A stretch of 64,000 nucleotides of DNA from Dipteris shenzhenensis (lineage: Eukaryota), in assembly GCA_047967505.1 (NCBI GenBank), contig CM106538.1; one strand, 5' to 3'. Shown piece by piece: positions 26,645-40,391 of the stretch. Below the pieces are notes generated by a model that did no database searches, was not told where the DNA came from, and saw only the letters and a list, made by a program, of their open reading frames with translations. The position numbers and the translations under genes were made by a program. Each line of letters begins with the position of its first letter. Position 1 is the first letter of the stretch.

Positions 26645-29600
26645 GGTCATGACGGTGACTCGCGTGTCGTGGGGATCTTGCAGGAATGTTGATGGAGCCT
26701 CCACTCCAAGATACTCCTTATGAGAGCAATGCAAAGCACGAGCCATCTGCAAGTGTCACTCAAGCGGCTCCCAGATTGTTGCAATGTGTTTCCATGAGAG
26801 AAAGAGGGAAAGAGGAGATGGGAGAAGAGAGGGAGAAGGGAAGGAGAAGAGGAGAATGAATGGGGATGGAGTGGCAAACACAAAGGCACTACAAAGGAAA
26901 CAAGAGAACACCCAAAAACACTCTTGGAAGAGAAGAGGGAGCTTGTATTCCAAACTTCTGCATCCAATAATGCACCAAAGTCAACCACTCGACATTATAT
27001 ACATGTCACCTTTAGAAGGGAGCACCAACCCTATTCCCTTTATACCACTCTCCTCATTCTTTTACAACCATCTTGCGCCTATTTGGCTCCAAGGCACAAT
27101 TCGAGCTCTATGGACTTGCCAATGTCCACCAAATGGCATCACTGACCAGTGGTGGCATATTGTTAACCAAGCAATTAACATGCCCCCCTTCCTAATCTCG
27201 ATCCAATCCTCTAGATCATGCAAAGTTCATGGTTATTGGTTGGTTGTCAGTGAAGATCATTCTTGGTGAGTACCCGTGTGAATTTTTGCCATTTGCAGTG
27301 CTTCATAGGTCTTCACTGGATCCTCTATGGTAGAGTTGTTGCTAGAAAGATGGATATTGCATCTGGTAGCATTGGATTCCATTGTAATTGGCATGGCATG
27401 GCTTGATTGATTATAATGGTTAGACGTTGGGTGGAGGGATTATAGATGAGTACTTGTGACCTTTCAAAGAAAGAGGAAGAAAGAGAAAAATCTAAGGTGT
27501 AAGTTAGTAGGGAGAAGGTTCTAGCAGGGATAAATGTAAGATCCTAGTGGTGTTAGGGTTAGCAAAGTAAGTACAATGTATTCTCATTCTCCTCAAGTCC
27601 CGTATTTGATTTGAGTGGAACTTTTATTGGATTCTCATTAGACTAGGTCTTTGACTTGCCATGTTTGTAAGTCCAAAGTATCGCATGACATTTTCCTTGC
27701 TTCTCTGCTTTGAAGTTATTTCAAAATCCATTTTATGGATTACATTTTGTTGAGGGCTTTGACTAGAATTATTTGAGCCCAATAAGGTTGTGGCACCATC
27801 TGGAGCTTGATTTTGTCAAAGTCATCAAATTGAGAGGACTCTGATAATAGACCATACAAACTCCTAAAATGAGGACTATGGCTGAAGAGGTTTATTGCAT
27901 TTTGGGTTCTAAGAAAGTCCTCTAAATTAAAATATATATGACATTGGAAGGCTCAAATGGTTAAGTGGGTACTAGGTTTTAAGCATAAAAAATAAGAATA
28001 ATAAGGACAAATAAAAAGAGGAGGGAGAGTTAGAGTTAGCTAATGAAGGGTGGGGTTAGTAAATGAAAGTGAAAACAAATCTTTGAGGATCACAAGAAAC
28101 TCATCTAGATTCCTTTTTTGTGTCATCAGAGTCACTCTGCAATCAAGCTCATCATGTATAGCTGTTAGGGTAGGATCACTTGTTGTTCTATATGTGGAGT
28201 GCCTTGGGATACTGAGGGTTAAGTGTCTTTGACTAGCTCCAGACCCTTGTTGGTGAGGAGCTTCTTCCATGGTAGCAAGTTGTGAAGGGATCCAATATCT
28301 TTTGTCATAGCAGGTTCTTGTGGATCTACTCCCATTTTATGAGTAGGTTCTTGTGGGTCTACTTCTATGGAGTTGATTGAGTGTCGTACTGAAGGAGTGG
28401 GTTTGTATTTCTTTGTGGGAAAATTGATGAAGGCCTTGAACTAGCATTGCCTTGCCCTTCATGGACCTTGCAATAGGTTATTGTGTTACTATTCCCTTTT
28501 TAGGAGTAGGATCTTGTGGATCTACTTTCGAGGTGTACTTAGCATCAGTGCTGCACCATTTAACATTGTGGTCTTCCACATGTACCACTTAGCGTCGGTG
28601 CTGCACCATTGTACATTGCGGTCTTCCACATGATACTCACCATAATAAAGTAATATATGTTCTATGTATCAAATGTGAGTAGGATCACAATCTCTTAGAG
28701 ATCTTTTGCTTTTGTTGATCCTAAGCTTTTGCTGAGAAAGTTGTCGGTGAGGAAGATAATTCGTTGTTCACATTGGAAGGTTCTTGTGGGACTTCCTTTG
28801 TGATGGGCATTACTAGTATGTCCAATTCTTGCATAGCTGCCCTGATGATAGCTGTCAAATTTCTTAGTAAGGAAGGTTCTTGTGTGGCTCCCAAAGTGGA
28901 TTCTATTTGTGTCTTGGTAGGTTCTTGTGTTACCGTCTCTTTTTTCAAGACAGGTTCTATATAACTACTCGAGAGGAGGTAGATAAAGTCCTTTGCGTAT
29001 GATTCTCCTGCATTGGTGCTCTTCCCTTGTCCTTGCAATCAAGTTCTTGTGGCTCTACCTTTTTCAAGGTAGGTTCTTGTGGTTTTGCTCTCCAATCTTT
29101 GCCTTAACTTTTTATAATCGATAGGCCTAAATTTGATGGATGCCTCTCATTTGCTGATGATGAAGATTTTAGAGGCTTGGGCCTCCATTCCTTCTTTTGC
29201 TCTTTATTGATTCTTTTGCTCTTTATTGAGCATATTGTCATTGCTCCTAGAAGATAATGCTGTTGTTACACCTAGTACCTTAGGTATCTAAATATAAGTG
29301 TTTCCAAGGTAATATCCCTAGAAATCTTGTGGAAACCCAATGGTATTGTACCTTCCTTTTTGGATGGCATCATTTTGTTCTCCGATGTCAGGGCTGGTTG
29401 TTTACATGATGGGGTGGCTTTTGATGTTGAGGTTTTGTTGGAATCCAAATTTATGATTCACCTTCAAAGTACCCTTGGTCCTTTGCTAGATCCTTTTGCA
29501 CCCACATGTGCTTGGTTGCTCTCTTCTTTGTTTTCTTTGTTGGTGAGGTGCTTGCTAAGGTTGAGAAGTGGAAGTGGATGTTGATGCTTGAATGTTGGGC

Positions 29601-32600
29601 CAATTGATAGTTCTTAGCACATCTTGTTGGGTTGACTCATCACCAAATAACCCTTTGTAAGTGTCTTGCATCCAGCTTTTACCAAGAATTTCCACTTCCA
29701 ATAAGGTACCTACAGGAGTTACAAAAAACTTGCAAGGCACAACGTAATTGTCCATGGAAACATTCAGCATTAAAGAACCAATAACCTTAATTGAGGTACC
29801 TCCTATGGATTGAACTTCAAAATCACAAACTTGGAGGAGTACCTGGCCGAGAGTTTTAATGTCTCTTAGGAGATGAGGTTATTGCTTGCTCACTAATTTG
29901 ACACGGCCTGTATTCGACATCTTGCACCTGCTAATGTCAGCTCTACCCAAAGTTGAGATGGGGTCATATCTATCTCATTAGGATCAATAACATTCTTATC
30001 AATGCAGGTTGAACTTGATTAGGTAGTACCGTTCTTATGGTGTTAAGAGGCATAATGGTAGAAGGTTTATCCTTGTCAAGGTGCATTGTTTGAGTGCCTT
30101 TAGTAGTTGGTAAATCAATTGTTGCCAGTATACATCCCATTTAGTGAGTCTTCTAGTTTCGGTAAAGGAGCATACCAAGAGTCTCCAAGACGAAAGTATT
30201 GGCCCAATTTGTTGATTGGATGCCTTGGAAGTTCTTGAGATTTATTGAGAGATTCAACATTCTTGGGATTAGTGGACTAGGGTGTCACTATTTGCCCATT
30301 CATCCAATCCAAGAGGTATCTCCATAGAGTAGGATTACCCCGTAATAGTGTTAAGATGGGCATCTTGATCTCAGTGGTGGACATGAATGAGGCTAATCTT
30401 GCAATTTCTTGAGGACTAGTGATAGGTTCCCTACCTATTGATTCTGCCTCTTCTAAGCCATATAAGGACATGTTGTCATCCTCCTTTAGTTGTTGCAAGG
30501 CGGGGTCTTGCATTAGGCCACTAAAGGTAGGTTTGGGGTTGCCCCAATCACTAGGTGGCTCTTCTGCCACCAATACTTGATGCAGGGGAGTACTTCATGG
30601 TGGTGGTTGTTGAGGTCCCAGTACTGGTGGGGGTAATGGAATATTTTGAGCCCTAAATTGCCCTTGATTGGCTGATGTGGCTTCTTGTATTACAAATTGT
30701 GCTTGATTGGACACATTGGGTGGTGCAGAAAATGTTAGCTGCAGCCTTTGTTGATACATGGTTTGAGGAATCACCCTAGGATAATGACATTTGGGATGTA
30801 TTATGATTTCAACTACACATCAGTCATCCTCTTGTGGGGTTCACATCATGAGTTCAGATGTTTTATCCTGGTTATATATACTCCTAAGGACTTAACCTCC
30901 TTTTGCTTCACCTCATAAAGATAGTTAATTCGGCTCCACTTGGGACCACTGGGGGCAAATCCCACAATGAAATATTTACACAATGTGTCCCAATTTATTT
31001 TGTCCTCAGGGTTTAAGGCTCTAAACCATTGTCCAGCCTTACCATCAAGACTCAAGCCAAAATCATTAACCTTGTCTAGATCTCCAATATCACTAAAGGT
31101 CTCACAGATTTGTTCAAATCTCTCAACATGGGAGACCGGGTCTCCTCCTACAAACTTGGTGATTAGCTTGAAGATTCTGAGAGGCTTGCTCCTTGAGGGG
31201 TTTGTATCCCTTCTTGGAAACATTGGTGGTGGAGTGGTGGCCCCCCTTCCTAGCGCTTACACTAGGATTCTCATAGCTTCATCCGTAATAAGGATTGTTT
31301 ACAGTATAGGAGGAGGTTGTGGAACAGTAGGCCATATCCCATACATTGGTGGTACTGATGAAGGGTTCCATGGATTTGATGGCACAAGGTTGGGATGAGA
31401 GGATCCATGCCCACTAGGCATTCACATTGTGACTTAGGTCAGGTTAGGCCTAACAGGTTGGACTGGAGGTCCTCTAGGGAGTTGTATGTTCCCTACGAGC
31501 ATAGGCCTATAAGGGGCAGTAGTTGGATAGGGAATATCTCCCATGTTTTGTTGCCAAGGAGGAATCATAGGGGCTTCTGAGGTGGAGGGTCGTAATTGTG
31601 GGCCTTCAATGCTGCTCCTCTGCCCCCTTTGATCTAGCATTTGGGACCCTTGTGAGAATTTGGCTCCAAATCCATCCCCATAGGATTTTCTATCATCAAA
31701 GAATTGGTACGATGGGGATTGATTACCAATAAGTATCGTGGGACTTGGTTCCCTGAGTATTTCTTCTGACATCGGTGGTTGGGCCAGCATTTGAGGCTTC
31801 GTCATTGCCCTAGTCTGCTCAACAAATGGGTTGACCATTTTTGCAGGTGGGTCACTGAGCCCAAACCTTCCTAGCATGTTTACAAATGACTCCCATATTT
31901 GAGATACTATGGAAGGAGTAGGTGATTGATGGTGTATGGAACTAAAGTTTGGAGCTACAAATGCTCTAAGGTTGGGATTTTCTCCCATCTCTGTGTCAAA
32001 ACTCATTGAATCTTCAGAGCTAGATGACTCAGGTCCACGCACTGAGTGGGCACTAAGTATTGAGGATCCTGACTGAATAGCTGTGAAACTTGGCACATAG
32101 CTAGACAAAACGTTGTTTGAGGCACTATCTTTGTGCTCTGGGTCAGCTCCTAGGATTCTTCTTGATCTCAAGTGCATCTGTTAGTCCTCGCTATTGATGC
32201 CCTAATTCTAGTTTGAGTCTGCCTCAACGCGGGGTCAAGGGTACTAGATTACACTTATATCCCTAATTTTCTTGATTTTTGTGTTCCCAAAGGTATCCCT
32301 CTAGATGGGGGTATAGAGCTAAGGCACCGACTAGCGGGATAGAGCTAAAAGACTGACGGGATAGATCTAAAGCAATGACCGACGGGATAGAGCTAAGGCA
32401 CCGACCCGAGGGGATAGAGATAAGGCAACGATCAGCAGGATAGAGTTAAAGCAATTACCCAGCAAGATAGTGCTGAGGCATCGACCCGGTGGGATAGAGC
32501 TAAGGTAATGGCCAACAGGATAGAGTTAAAGCAATGACTGACAGGATAGAGCTAAAGCAACAACGAGTTAAAGCACCGACTTGACGCGATAGTAGGTCAA

Positions 32601-33340
32601 CAGGATAGCGTTATGGCATCAGATCAATGCCTATTTGATCGGTGGGATAGAGCGAAAGCAACGATCGGTGGGATAGAGTTAAAGCAACAACCCGGCAGGA
32701 TAGTAAGTCGGCGGGATAGCATTATGGCATTGGATCAATGCCTGTTTGACCAGTGAGATAGTTGACTAATAGTAATTAATTAGGGCGACGGGTTAGGTAC
32801 TGGCATGTGTTAGTCCAATGGGATAGCATTATGGCATCAGGTCAATGCCTGTTTGACTAGTGGGATAGAGGCCTAAGGTGACGGGTCAGTGCGATACCGA
32901 GCTATGGTGACGGCGGGTCATGGGGATAGAAACTCACAATTCTGCCAACTAGTTTTTTATGATTTTGAAGTCTCTGTTCAGGTTTTTTTGTGATAGGCGG
33001 ATGCTAAATTACCTATTCTTCCTACTCTATGCAAGGAAGAAAAACAACATTTGAATGCAAATGAGAGATTTCTTGAAGAGGTGATTGTCAACACTCAAAA
33101 CCACTTCACTTTTCACCATGATTCCTCATTCTTGGTTGTTTTTTGTGAGTTTTGACATCATACGCTCCTTGGAAATCTTGCAAATTGTCTTCCTACCAAC
33201 TCAAAACACTAAAAAACATAAAAGCAAGCTTCAAATGATCCAAAAGGCTTTCCAAAAAGAAAATGATAGCTTCTTCTTTTCACTTCCTAAACTCACACTT
33301 CTCCACTCATTCCTCTCCTACAATTCCACTAACAAAGCTC
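26645..33340 (-). mobile_element. Degenerate Ty3/gypsy element retaining gag and protease only
   Basis: Retrotrans_gag-like ORF 30846-31223 (DPVSHVERFEQIC..LSLDGKAGQWF..WDTL). Decayed aspartic protease about 29650-29950 (..ILGKSWM). PPT-like AGGAAGGGGGGCA at about 27181-27193 next to a putative 3' LTR ending at 27180. No RT or integrase seen; outer boundaries approximate. Confidence 0.7.
32320..32930. repeat. Tandem repeats GGGATAGAGCTAAAGCA..CGAC in the gypsy leader
   Basis: More than 15 related units of 20-30 bp. Confidence 0.85.
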
Positions 33341-33768
33341 CAAGTTAAGCTTGAAATATGGGTAGATGATAAGAGAAAGCAAGTGCAATGAAAAAGCATA
33401 CCTTGAACTCCCCAAACATTAGGAAAAAAGGGAGCTCGTTTTCGGGCCCTCTAAGATTTTCGCTATTTTCTTCTTTATTTGTCACCAGAAATATGAAAAA
33501 AGCAATCAAATAGACTATCTCGCATCAGATGTGTCATTTCAGACTACAAACATGTCAGTCCTATTATTCTACATTCCTCACAAAATTTGGCATTAAATAT
33601 TTAATGAGATTCTTTCTCCACATAGATCTTGCATAGATTCTAGATCTCTTGAAATGACATGTGTCTGCTCTGCTATGATGAACTCATAACTAAATCATCT
33701 TGAGTGTTTTACTGAATATTTGAATCGATCTCGCTTGCGTTTAATGACTTGCTCTATAAGCACACAAG

Positions 33769-36480
33769 ATGAAGAGGCAAAGAACTAGTGAAGCTCAAAA
33801 AAATGGATGCATCCAATCTGACTATTGAAGAAGAACTTGAGAAGAAGTGATTGCACCATCTTCACATTGACTTAGAAGAAAAATATGCACCGGTGCAAAA
33901 ACGATGAAAAGGTCCACTTGTAAGTGCTAAGTAGAAGGAGAACATGAGAAGAGGAGGCTCGCAACACATTGACTTATGGTGCGATGGAAGCATCTACCTG
34001 ACATGTCCTTCAAAAAAACTCTACACCTCCATTTTCTAATCCCACATCGCTTTTAAGATTTGTGGGGGATGGAGCCAATAAATTGTATGGATACATTGGG
34101 GCTCACCAATCCAATATGGAAATGTACAAGATGCTATGTATGCAAGAGAGTACGGCAAAGATACAACAAATGGAGATTGTGTCAACTTTGACAGAGCAAC
34201 TACAAAGAGAAATCAAAGAGCACTCAAATACGAAGAAGGAGTTACGATGAGTAAGAAGGAAGAGAACAATTCTCAGGGAAAGACTACGAAACAAAATGAT
34301 TCAAAACATTGCAAAGTTGAAGGCTGGTAGTGGAGGATGCAAGCGTCGAATTCAACTAGTAAGGTAAGCAAACAGTTAATTTAATTTATCAATCCAATTC
34401 TCCAAATAGGATGTTCTTTATTCAATGATTCTTATTACAAGTGAAATTGGTATTGCATGTTTATTGTAGGAAAATATTAGGGCCTGCAAAGGAAAACATA
34501 GATAAAAGGATTGCTATCTAGTCATGTAGCAAAGGGATTGATTGAAGAGAAGAAGTTCAAAACAATATGATGGAATGTTGTGGAGGAATTCATATCCAAT
34601 AATAACGTTGACGTGGATACAATTCAAGAAGCTCTTGATGTCAATGGAGTCAACAAAAAAGGATATGCTTCAATTTACAATGCTCTCTCCTCTAACTTAA
34701 GAGATTAGAGAATCAAATGAGTGCTTCTACCCAGCCCAGCAGCTGTATGGAGAAAAAGAGGATTACTGAATACAGAAATAGATTAGTATATTGGACAATA
34801 AAACCATATTGAAGGGATCTATGATAGTAGTAAGGGAAGCACGGTGTATGATCCTTTTAATAATATTTTTGTGGACCTTAAACAAATGCAAAGAAGAATG
34901 GTAGAGTTTTATAATCTTTCATTCGAAGAATGCAAAGGTGTTTTGAAATTCGTTATCAAATTTGATGAGTGTGAGATTGTTAAGGGAAAAAAAAATTGAG
35001 TCACTGTTACCTTAATGAATTGAGCACTTGATACATCAATTATTGAATAAGACACAAGCTATTTTAGTGTGCAATCAGAAACATGTACGGTGGTTAGGCT
35101 CGTTTGAGGTATGCAAACATTCCATATTGTATAAGGCAATGCTCTTTTTTTCAATCCTAAGATAATCTTACAGTGTGAATTTTATTTTTCATAGGTCAAG
35201 ACAGAGGACCATAAAACTCTTTCTTGGGTTTTCCACCATACTGACATACCAACAATAATCAAGAGTCAAATTCAAGGTGAACATCTCCATGTTGCAGGCA
35301 AAGTGACTTTCAAGCAGAGTGGCATATGGCAGGTGATTTGAAAACGCTTAAGTGTATGTATAATGTAAGTAAAGGGGGAAATTCAAAGTCTCCTTGTCTG
35401 TATTGCAAAGAGCCAGCACATGTGATGGATCCTAAATGGTGGAAGAGAGCACCAAATAGAGACAAAGTAGATCCAGAATTTAAGGCTATTCTTGACATTC
35501 CATTAAGTAATGTTCATATATGCACATTGCATGCACTATGTCAGATTGTGGAGAAGTTGGTCTTTCTTTATATTGGATTTGCTTGGAAGCTTCATCCCAA
35601 AAGAAGTAGAAAACATGCTCTCCAAGCATTGGAGAAAGTGTTGTCTGATATGGGTCTCCATGGAGGCAATGTTCATATAACAAAGGATTTGAAAAAATCT
35701 ACAAATGGCAAAGAGGTACCAATCAAGCCATCTATTTGGTGGTGTCAAGGCAAGGAGATTTTTATCCCAGACAACAAACAAAAAAAATCAAGTGAATAAA
35801 TGCACAACACTTTCAAGGATAAACTATGGATTATGGAAGCAAGTCCATTATGTTGTTAAAGATCATGAGGCTGATGGGAAAGCATGGACTATCAAAGCAG
35901 AGGTGTGGAAGTCATTGGACAAACTCTTCATTTTTTGTGACAAAAAGGCATGGACAAAGAGTGATTACCAAGTTTTTAAGGAAGAGGTAAAAACATTTGG
36001 AAAGTCTATGAAAGAGGCTTGAACATCGTGCAACATAACTCATTATATGGTAACTATTAAAGTTTTCTTTCTTTCGTTATGCTTTTTTCATTTGTTTCTT
36101 CCACTGATACTTGCTCTTATAGTAGCTTATTATCTACAATCATCTTCCATATTTTCATTTAAAAATATGGTTGTCCAACAATTTGGTCCACACAAGGGAT
36201 GGAGAAATCACATTACACTGCCCATAACACCTTCTTTTGACACACACAACATTTTGGAGGAAGAGAGAAAGCAAACAACCTAAAAGAAGTATTTCAATGG
36301 TTTTATTGAGGTATACTACAAAGACTAAGCTCCAAGAGAAAAGTGAATACCTCACAAATTAAGTTAGCCTTTGCTTTGGCCCAAAAGCAAAGAAAGAATT
36401 AGATTTTGGACAACTCAAATGCCACAGAGAGACATGCCAAGAGGAGACATTCATAGATCTTTGTAAACCATAAGTGGATA
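33769..36480 (+). pseudogene. Intron-containing RAG1/Transib-like (CMC-Transib clan) DDE transposase, degenerate
   Basis: Assembled across frameshifts and three GT-AG introns (about 34364-34470, 35109-35194, 36049-36125): FVIKFDECE (D1), EWHMAGDLKTLK (D2), SPCLYC, VHICTLHAL, ITHYM/(H>L)IIYNHLPYF, WSTQGMEKSH (E). These parallel RAG1 KESCDG, DEKL, CTLC, ITNYFHKTLAH and WASEGNES. Confidence 0.7.
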
Positions 36481-37748
36481 GATAGATGCTAAATTTTAAA
36501 CAAACTTGTAACACAAAACCATTACAATTTATATATTGCTTGTGCAATGTACAATATCTTTCCGAACTTGTGAACTATTCTTCTACTGTATCAATGTCAC
36601 ACTTGTCTTCTGCTTTTTCTGCATCATCTTGCTTAATTGATTCGGCTCCTTCCATTTGAAACCCTTCACTTACTAATGGATTATCATGCTTGATTGGTTT
36701 GGCTCCTCCAATTTGAAACCCTTCACTTGCTAATGGTGGTTCTCTATATCTAAGAAGATGGTGCTTTCCATGAACATCTAGGCCCAAAATACTCTTGATT
36801 CCATGTGCATGAGCATATGATGTGTATGTAAGATAATATCCAACCCTATTGCAATCCCTGCCTGGATAGTAGCCAAAAGTGTGATAAGCAAAAAACTTTT
36901 CAATCAAAATGGCCTCTATTTGTTGGAACATTTCATGCCCACCCAAAAACCTGGACAAAGCTTTGAAAAACCAAACTACGATCTCCCCATCATTACTCAA
37001 TTGTCGATGAAAAACCAAAATCTTTGTAGTAGAGAGCTGGCTGATATAGTGGGAGAGGCTGGTAAGTCGCCCTAATCTCTCAGTTCCCCTTTCATGCCTT
37101 CGAAGGTAAGAATCATCTTCGACATTCAACTGCAAAAACCAAAATAATACAATTACATTTTTCACCTAAGATTAAGGAAAAATGAGATGACAAAAGAGAT
37201 AACTCACTTGTGGATTTTCATCTTCAACTAAAACTTTATCGATCCAAACGTTGATGCTGCTTTCTATGGAGATGTTGGGGCTTCTTTTTTGCTCCTCTTG
37301 CTTTCCCATTTTTTGTCAATCATAAGTTCTCTCTAAAGATGCTCAAAAGTCTCTTTATCAATGCCATATGAGTCCTTGAATTTCTTCACTTCTGTAAAGC
37401 ACATCGAAAACAATTCTTCTGAATTGAAGTTGTCCCTCTAATGATAGAGATTGATCCTCATTGGCAATAAAATCTCTTTCCAACAGGTAGGCTTGTGCAA
37501 TTATTGCCAATGCATAGTCCTCTCTCAAATCAAATATTGCCTGAATGTCACTAAGATGAACGTACTCAACATTGTCAATAAGGATAGAAGGCGGCAAGGA
37601 AATTGCATGGTTGCAGTTCTCCATATCAAGTCCTTTAATGTTTACTGGTCCTTTAATTGTATCTGCCCTGAGTGACACAACGTCTATTGTTGCAACTTTA
37701 GCCATGCAGCTTCAGCCATCTCATTTTTTAGATCAATTTCCTCCTTTG

Positions 37749-39903
37749 TGTGAAAGATCCAATATATGATCGCCACTAAGCCTAGTGCACACAAGATCAA
37801 CGGAAGAACTAAGGAGGCTCAAAGCACACTAGATAAGACATGAGAGGGAGATAGCAAATCTATATCTCTTGCAATGTGTATTCAACAATACATGATGGGC
37901 CTCTTATAAAGAGAGTGCCCTTTGAATAGTCAACCATGTGGGATCCTCTCATCCACATCTCTCCTTGTGGATATCCTCAATCCACATCTCCACATCATGT
38001 AGTCCACATCCTAGGGTGGCTACTTTAATTCTTTCCTATACCATACCTTAGCCTCTAATTATGTGCTCATGGCACCACAACTCTCAACACCTCCCCTTGG
38101 TGCCATGATCCTTTGGCTACTACAAGGTGGTCAGATGTGAGTTACATTCCATCACCTTCCCTTAGTGCATGCATTGCTACTTAAGGTGGTCAAGTGTAGT
38201 TTCTACATGTCAATACCTCCCCTAGGTGCTTTCATAGCTACTCTTAGGTGGTCAGGCTTGATTTACAAACATATGGGCTGAACGTGGCAAGGCTTTTTGC
38301 CTCTCAATACATTCCATTAATGTCACCTTTTGGCTCATGGCTTGATGATGATGGCATTTGCTGCTTTGCTTGGTGTAGCTTCATGCATGATGCTTTGTTC
38401 TTCCATGTGCCTTGATGCTTTATGTGTGGATGCCATGCTTTGTGCTATGGTCATCTCATGCACTTGTGCTTTCAGCATGCTTATTGCATTCATGTGTCGC
38501 TTTACCATTTGTTGCAAAGGTCTTTCTTCAATGGCAATGTCTAATTGCATACAATGATTCTGACTGGATAGGCGCGTAGAGCTCAAAAAGACAATTACTT
38601 TTCCTTTTTGGAGCATGTGCAAATTCTTCCTAGATTGCAAGTTACGCTTTGTTGAAGTTTTTGTGAAGAAGAGGGGGCCTGATGATGTGGCAGAGGGATT
38701 CACACGTTGCACTCACACTGTGCTTAGGAAGAGGGCTTAGGTGGCACTTAGCTAATCCTACCCTAACCATAAGCCTTAACCATGGTTTAACTTAACCTCA
38801 CCCAACCTTATCTACCACGTGGCATAGACTAGAGCACTGACCAAACCAACTAACCCAGGGTTGCTTTGAGCTAACCCAAGTCAAAGACTTATTTGCCATG
38901 TGTCAAATTGTGGTGAACCTTAGGGAAACTTTGTGGAGAAATTGAGAAATAGGGATGGTGTCGCGGTTTCGGAAGATCGTAGGGAGCTCGAAGGCGGTAA
39001 TGGAGAAGAAGTGCTATGCTTTGTTGTGGAAGAGCCGTGTAGAAGGCGCTTGCTGCTGTCGATGCTGGAGCCTTTGGAGGATCACTTTCGGCTATTTTAG
39101 GGTTGTGGACTAGAACCATGGTGGATTCCATCGCTGGTTGAAGGTGTTTGTAGGGAGGAGCTTGTAGGAGCGACTGATTCCAGGAGATCGCTTGCCATCA
39201 AGCTCAGCGGAGGTAATGTTGGAGATGATGATGATGACAGAGGCTTGGTTCCTACTGTTGGAAGCCTTGTTGCGATGGAGCGGCTAATCATTGGGACTGA
39301 GGCACTGCTGCCATCTGACTCTGTTATGTCATAGGTGATAAGGCCGCATGTGGCTAGTTGCTTTGTGCCTTGCTTGTTGCAAGAGATGGCTAGAGCCAGA
39401 CGTTGCTTGGCACTATAGATGGCTGGCGAGAGGCTTCGGCTATCACAGAGGGCCGTTGTAGAAGGCGAGGCTATCTACAGTGGGGTTGAGCATAGATTGT
39501 GTGTTGGTCGCTAAAGGTCGTCTATCTTAGGCTTGTCGTTGGAGGTCGCTCTAGCCACACTAGAGGTTATGGCTCTGGTAGTCGAGAAGTCTATCAGGAA
39601 TTCAGATTCAGAGGAAGCTTGAGCCAACCCAAAATCACAGATCTTTAGCATGCAGTCATTGCAATTCACAAGGATATTGCAAGTACTTCAAGCCTCTCTC
39701 TCTTTCTCTGTTAGTCGAGGATCACAGATCGGAAGAGCAATGCAACATTTCTTCTTTCCTCAAAGGAGAAAGTAGAATCCAATCCTAGCAAAACGACTCT
39801 CTGTGAGCTTTGGTCTTCCTATATAATGGTGTTCCCCCTTCTCCCTTCAGATCAAGCCAAGGTTCCTCTTTCCGCGGACCTCTATCTCAAAACTTGGGTT
39901 TGC

Positions 39904-39955
<52 letters not shown>

Positions 39956-40391
39956 GACTTAATGTCAAAAACTCTCCCTAACATCAAGATAAGAGGGTGC
40001 CACTCACTCTAAACTACCTAGGCTCGTGGGCAACCTATGCTCTGATACCATGTGAAAGATCCAATATATGATTGCCACTAAGCCTAGTGCACACAAGATC
40101 AACGGAAGAACTAAGGAGGCTCAAAGCACACTAGATAAGACATGAGAGGGAGATAGCAAATCTATATCTCTTGCAATGTGTATTCAACAATACATGATGG
40201 GCCTCTTATAAAGAGAGTGCCCTTTGAATAGTCAACCATGTGGGATCCTCTCATCCACATCTCTCCTTGTGGATATCCTCAATCCACATCTCCACATCAT
40301 GTAGTCCACATCCTAGGGTGGCTACTTTAATTCTTTCCTATACCATACCTTAGCCTCTAATTATGTGCTCATGGCACCACAACTCTCAACA
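37749..40391 (-). mobile_element. Young non-autonomous LTR retroelement (copia-derived, TRIM/LARD-like)
   Basis: 341-bp LTRs at 37749-38089 and 40051-40391 with one mismatch seen. TSD CTTTG/CTCTG, iMet PBS 40039-40050, PPT 38090-38100. The 1.96-kb interior lacks gag-pol apart from a faint RNase H-like trace near 38280-38400. Confidence 0.93.
39906..39952. repeat. (CT)n microsatellite
   Basis: About 23 CT units. Confidence 0.97.

Noticed and set aside
32320-32930. CRISPR-like array
   Set aside because: Degenerate units without unique constant-length spacers, in eukaryotic retroelement leader context, with no cas genes.
33340-33560. RSS-like (CACAGTG/CACAATG) terminal repeat for the Transib-like element
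   Set aside because: No heptamer-like terminus or matching partner end could be found in the window.
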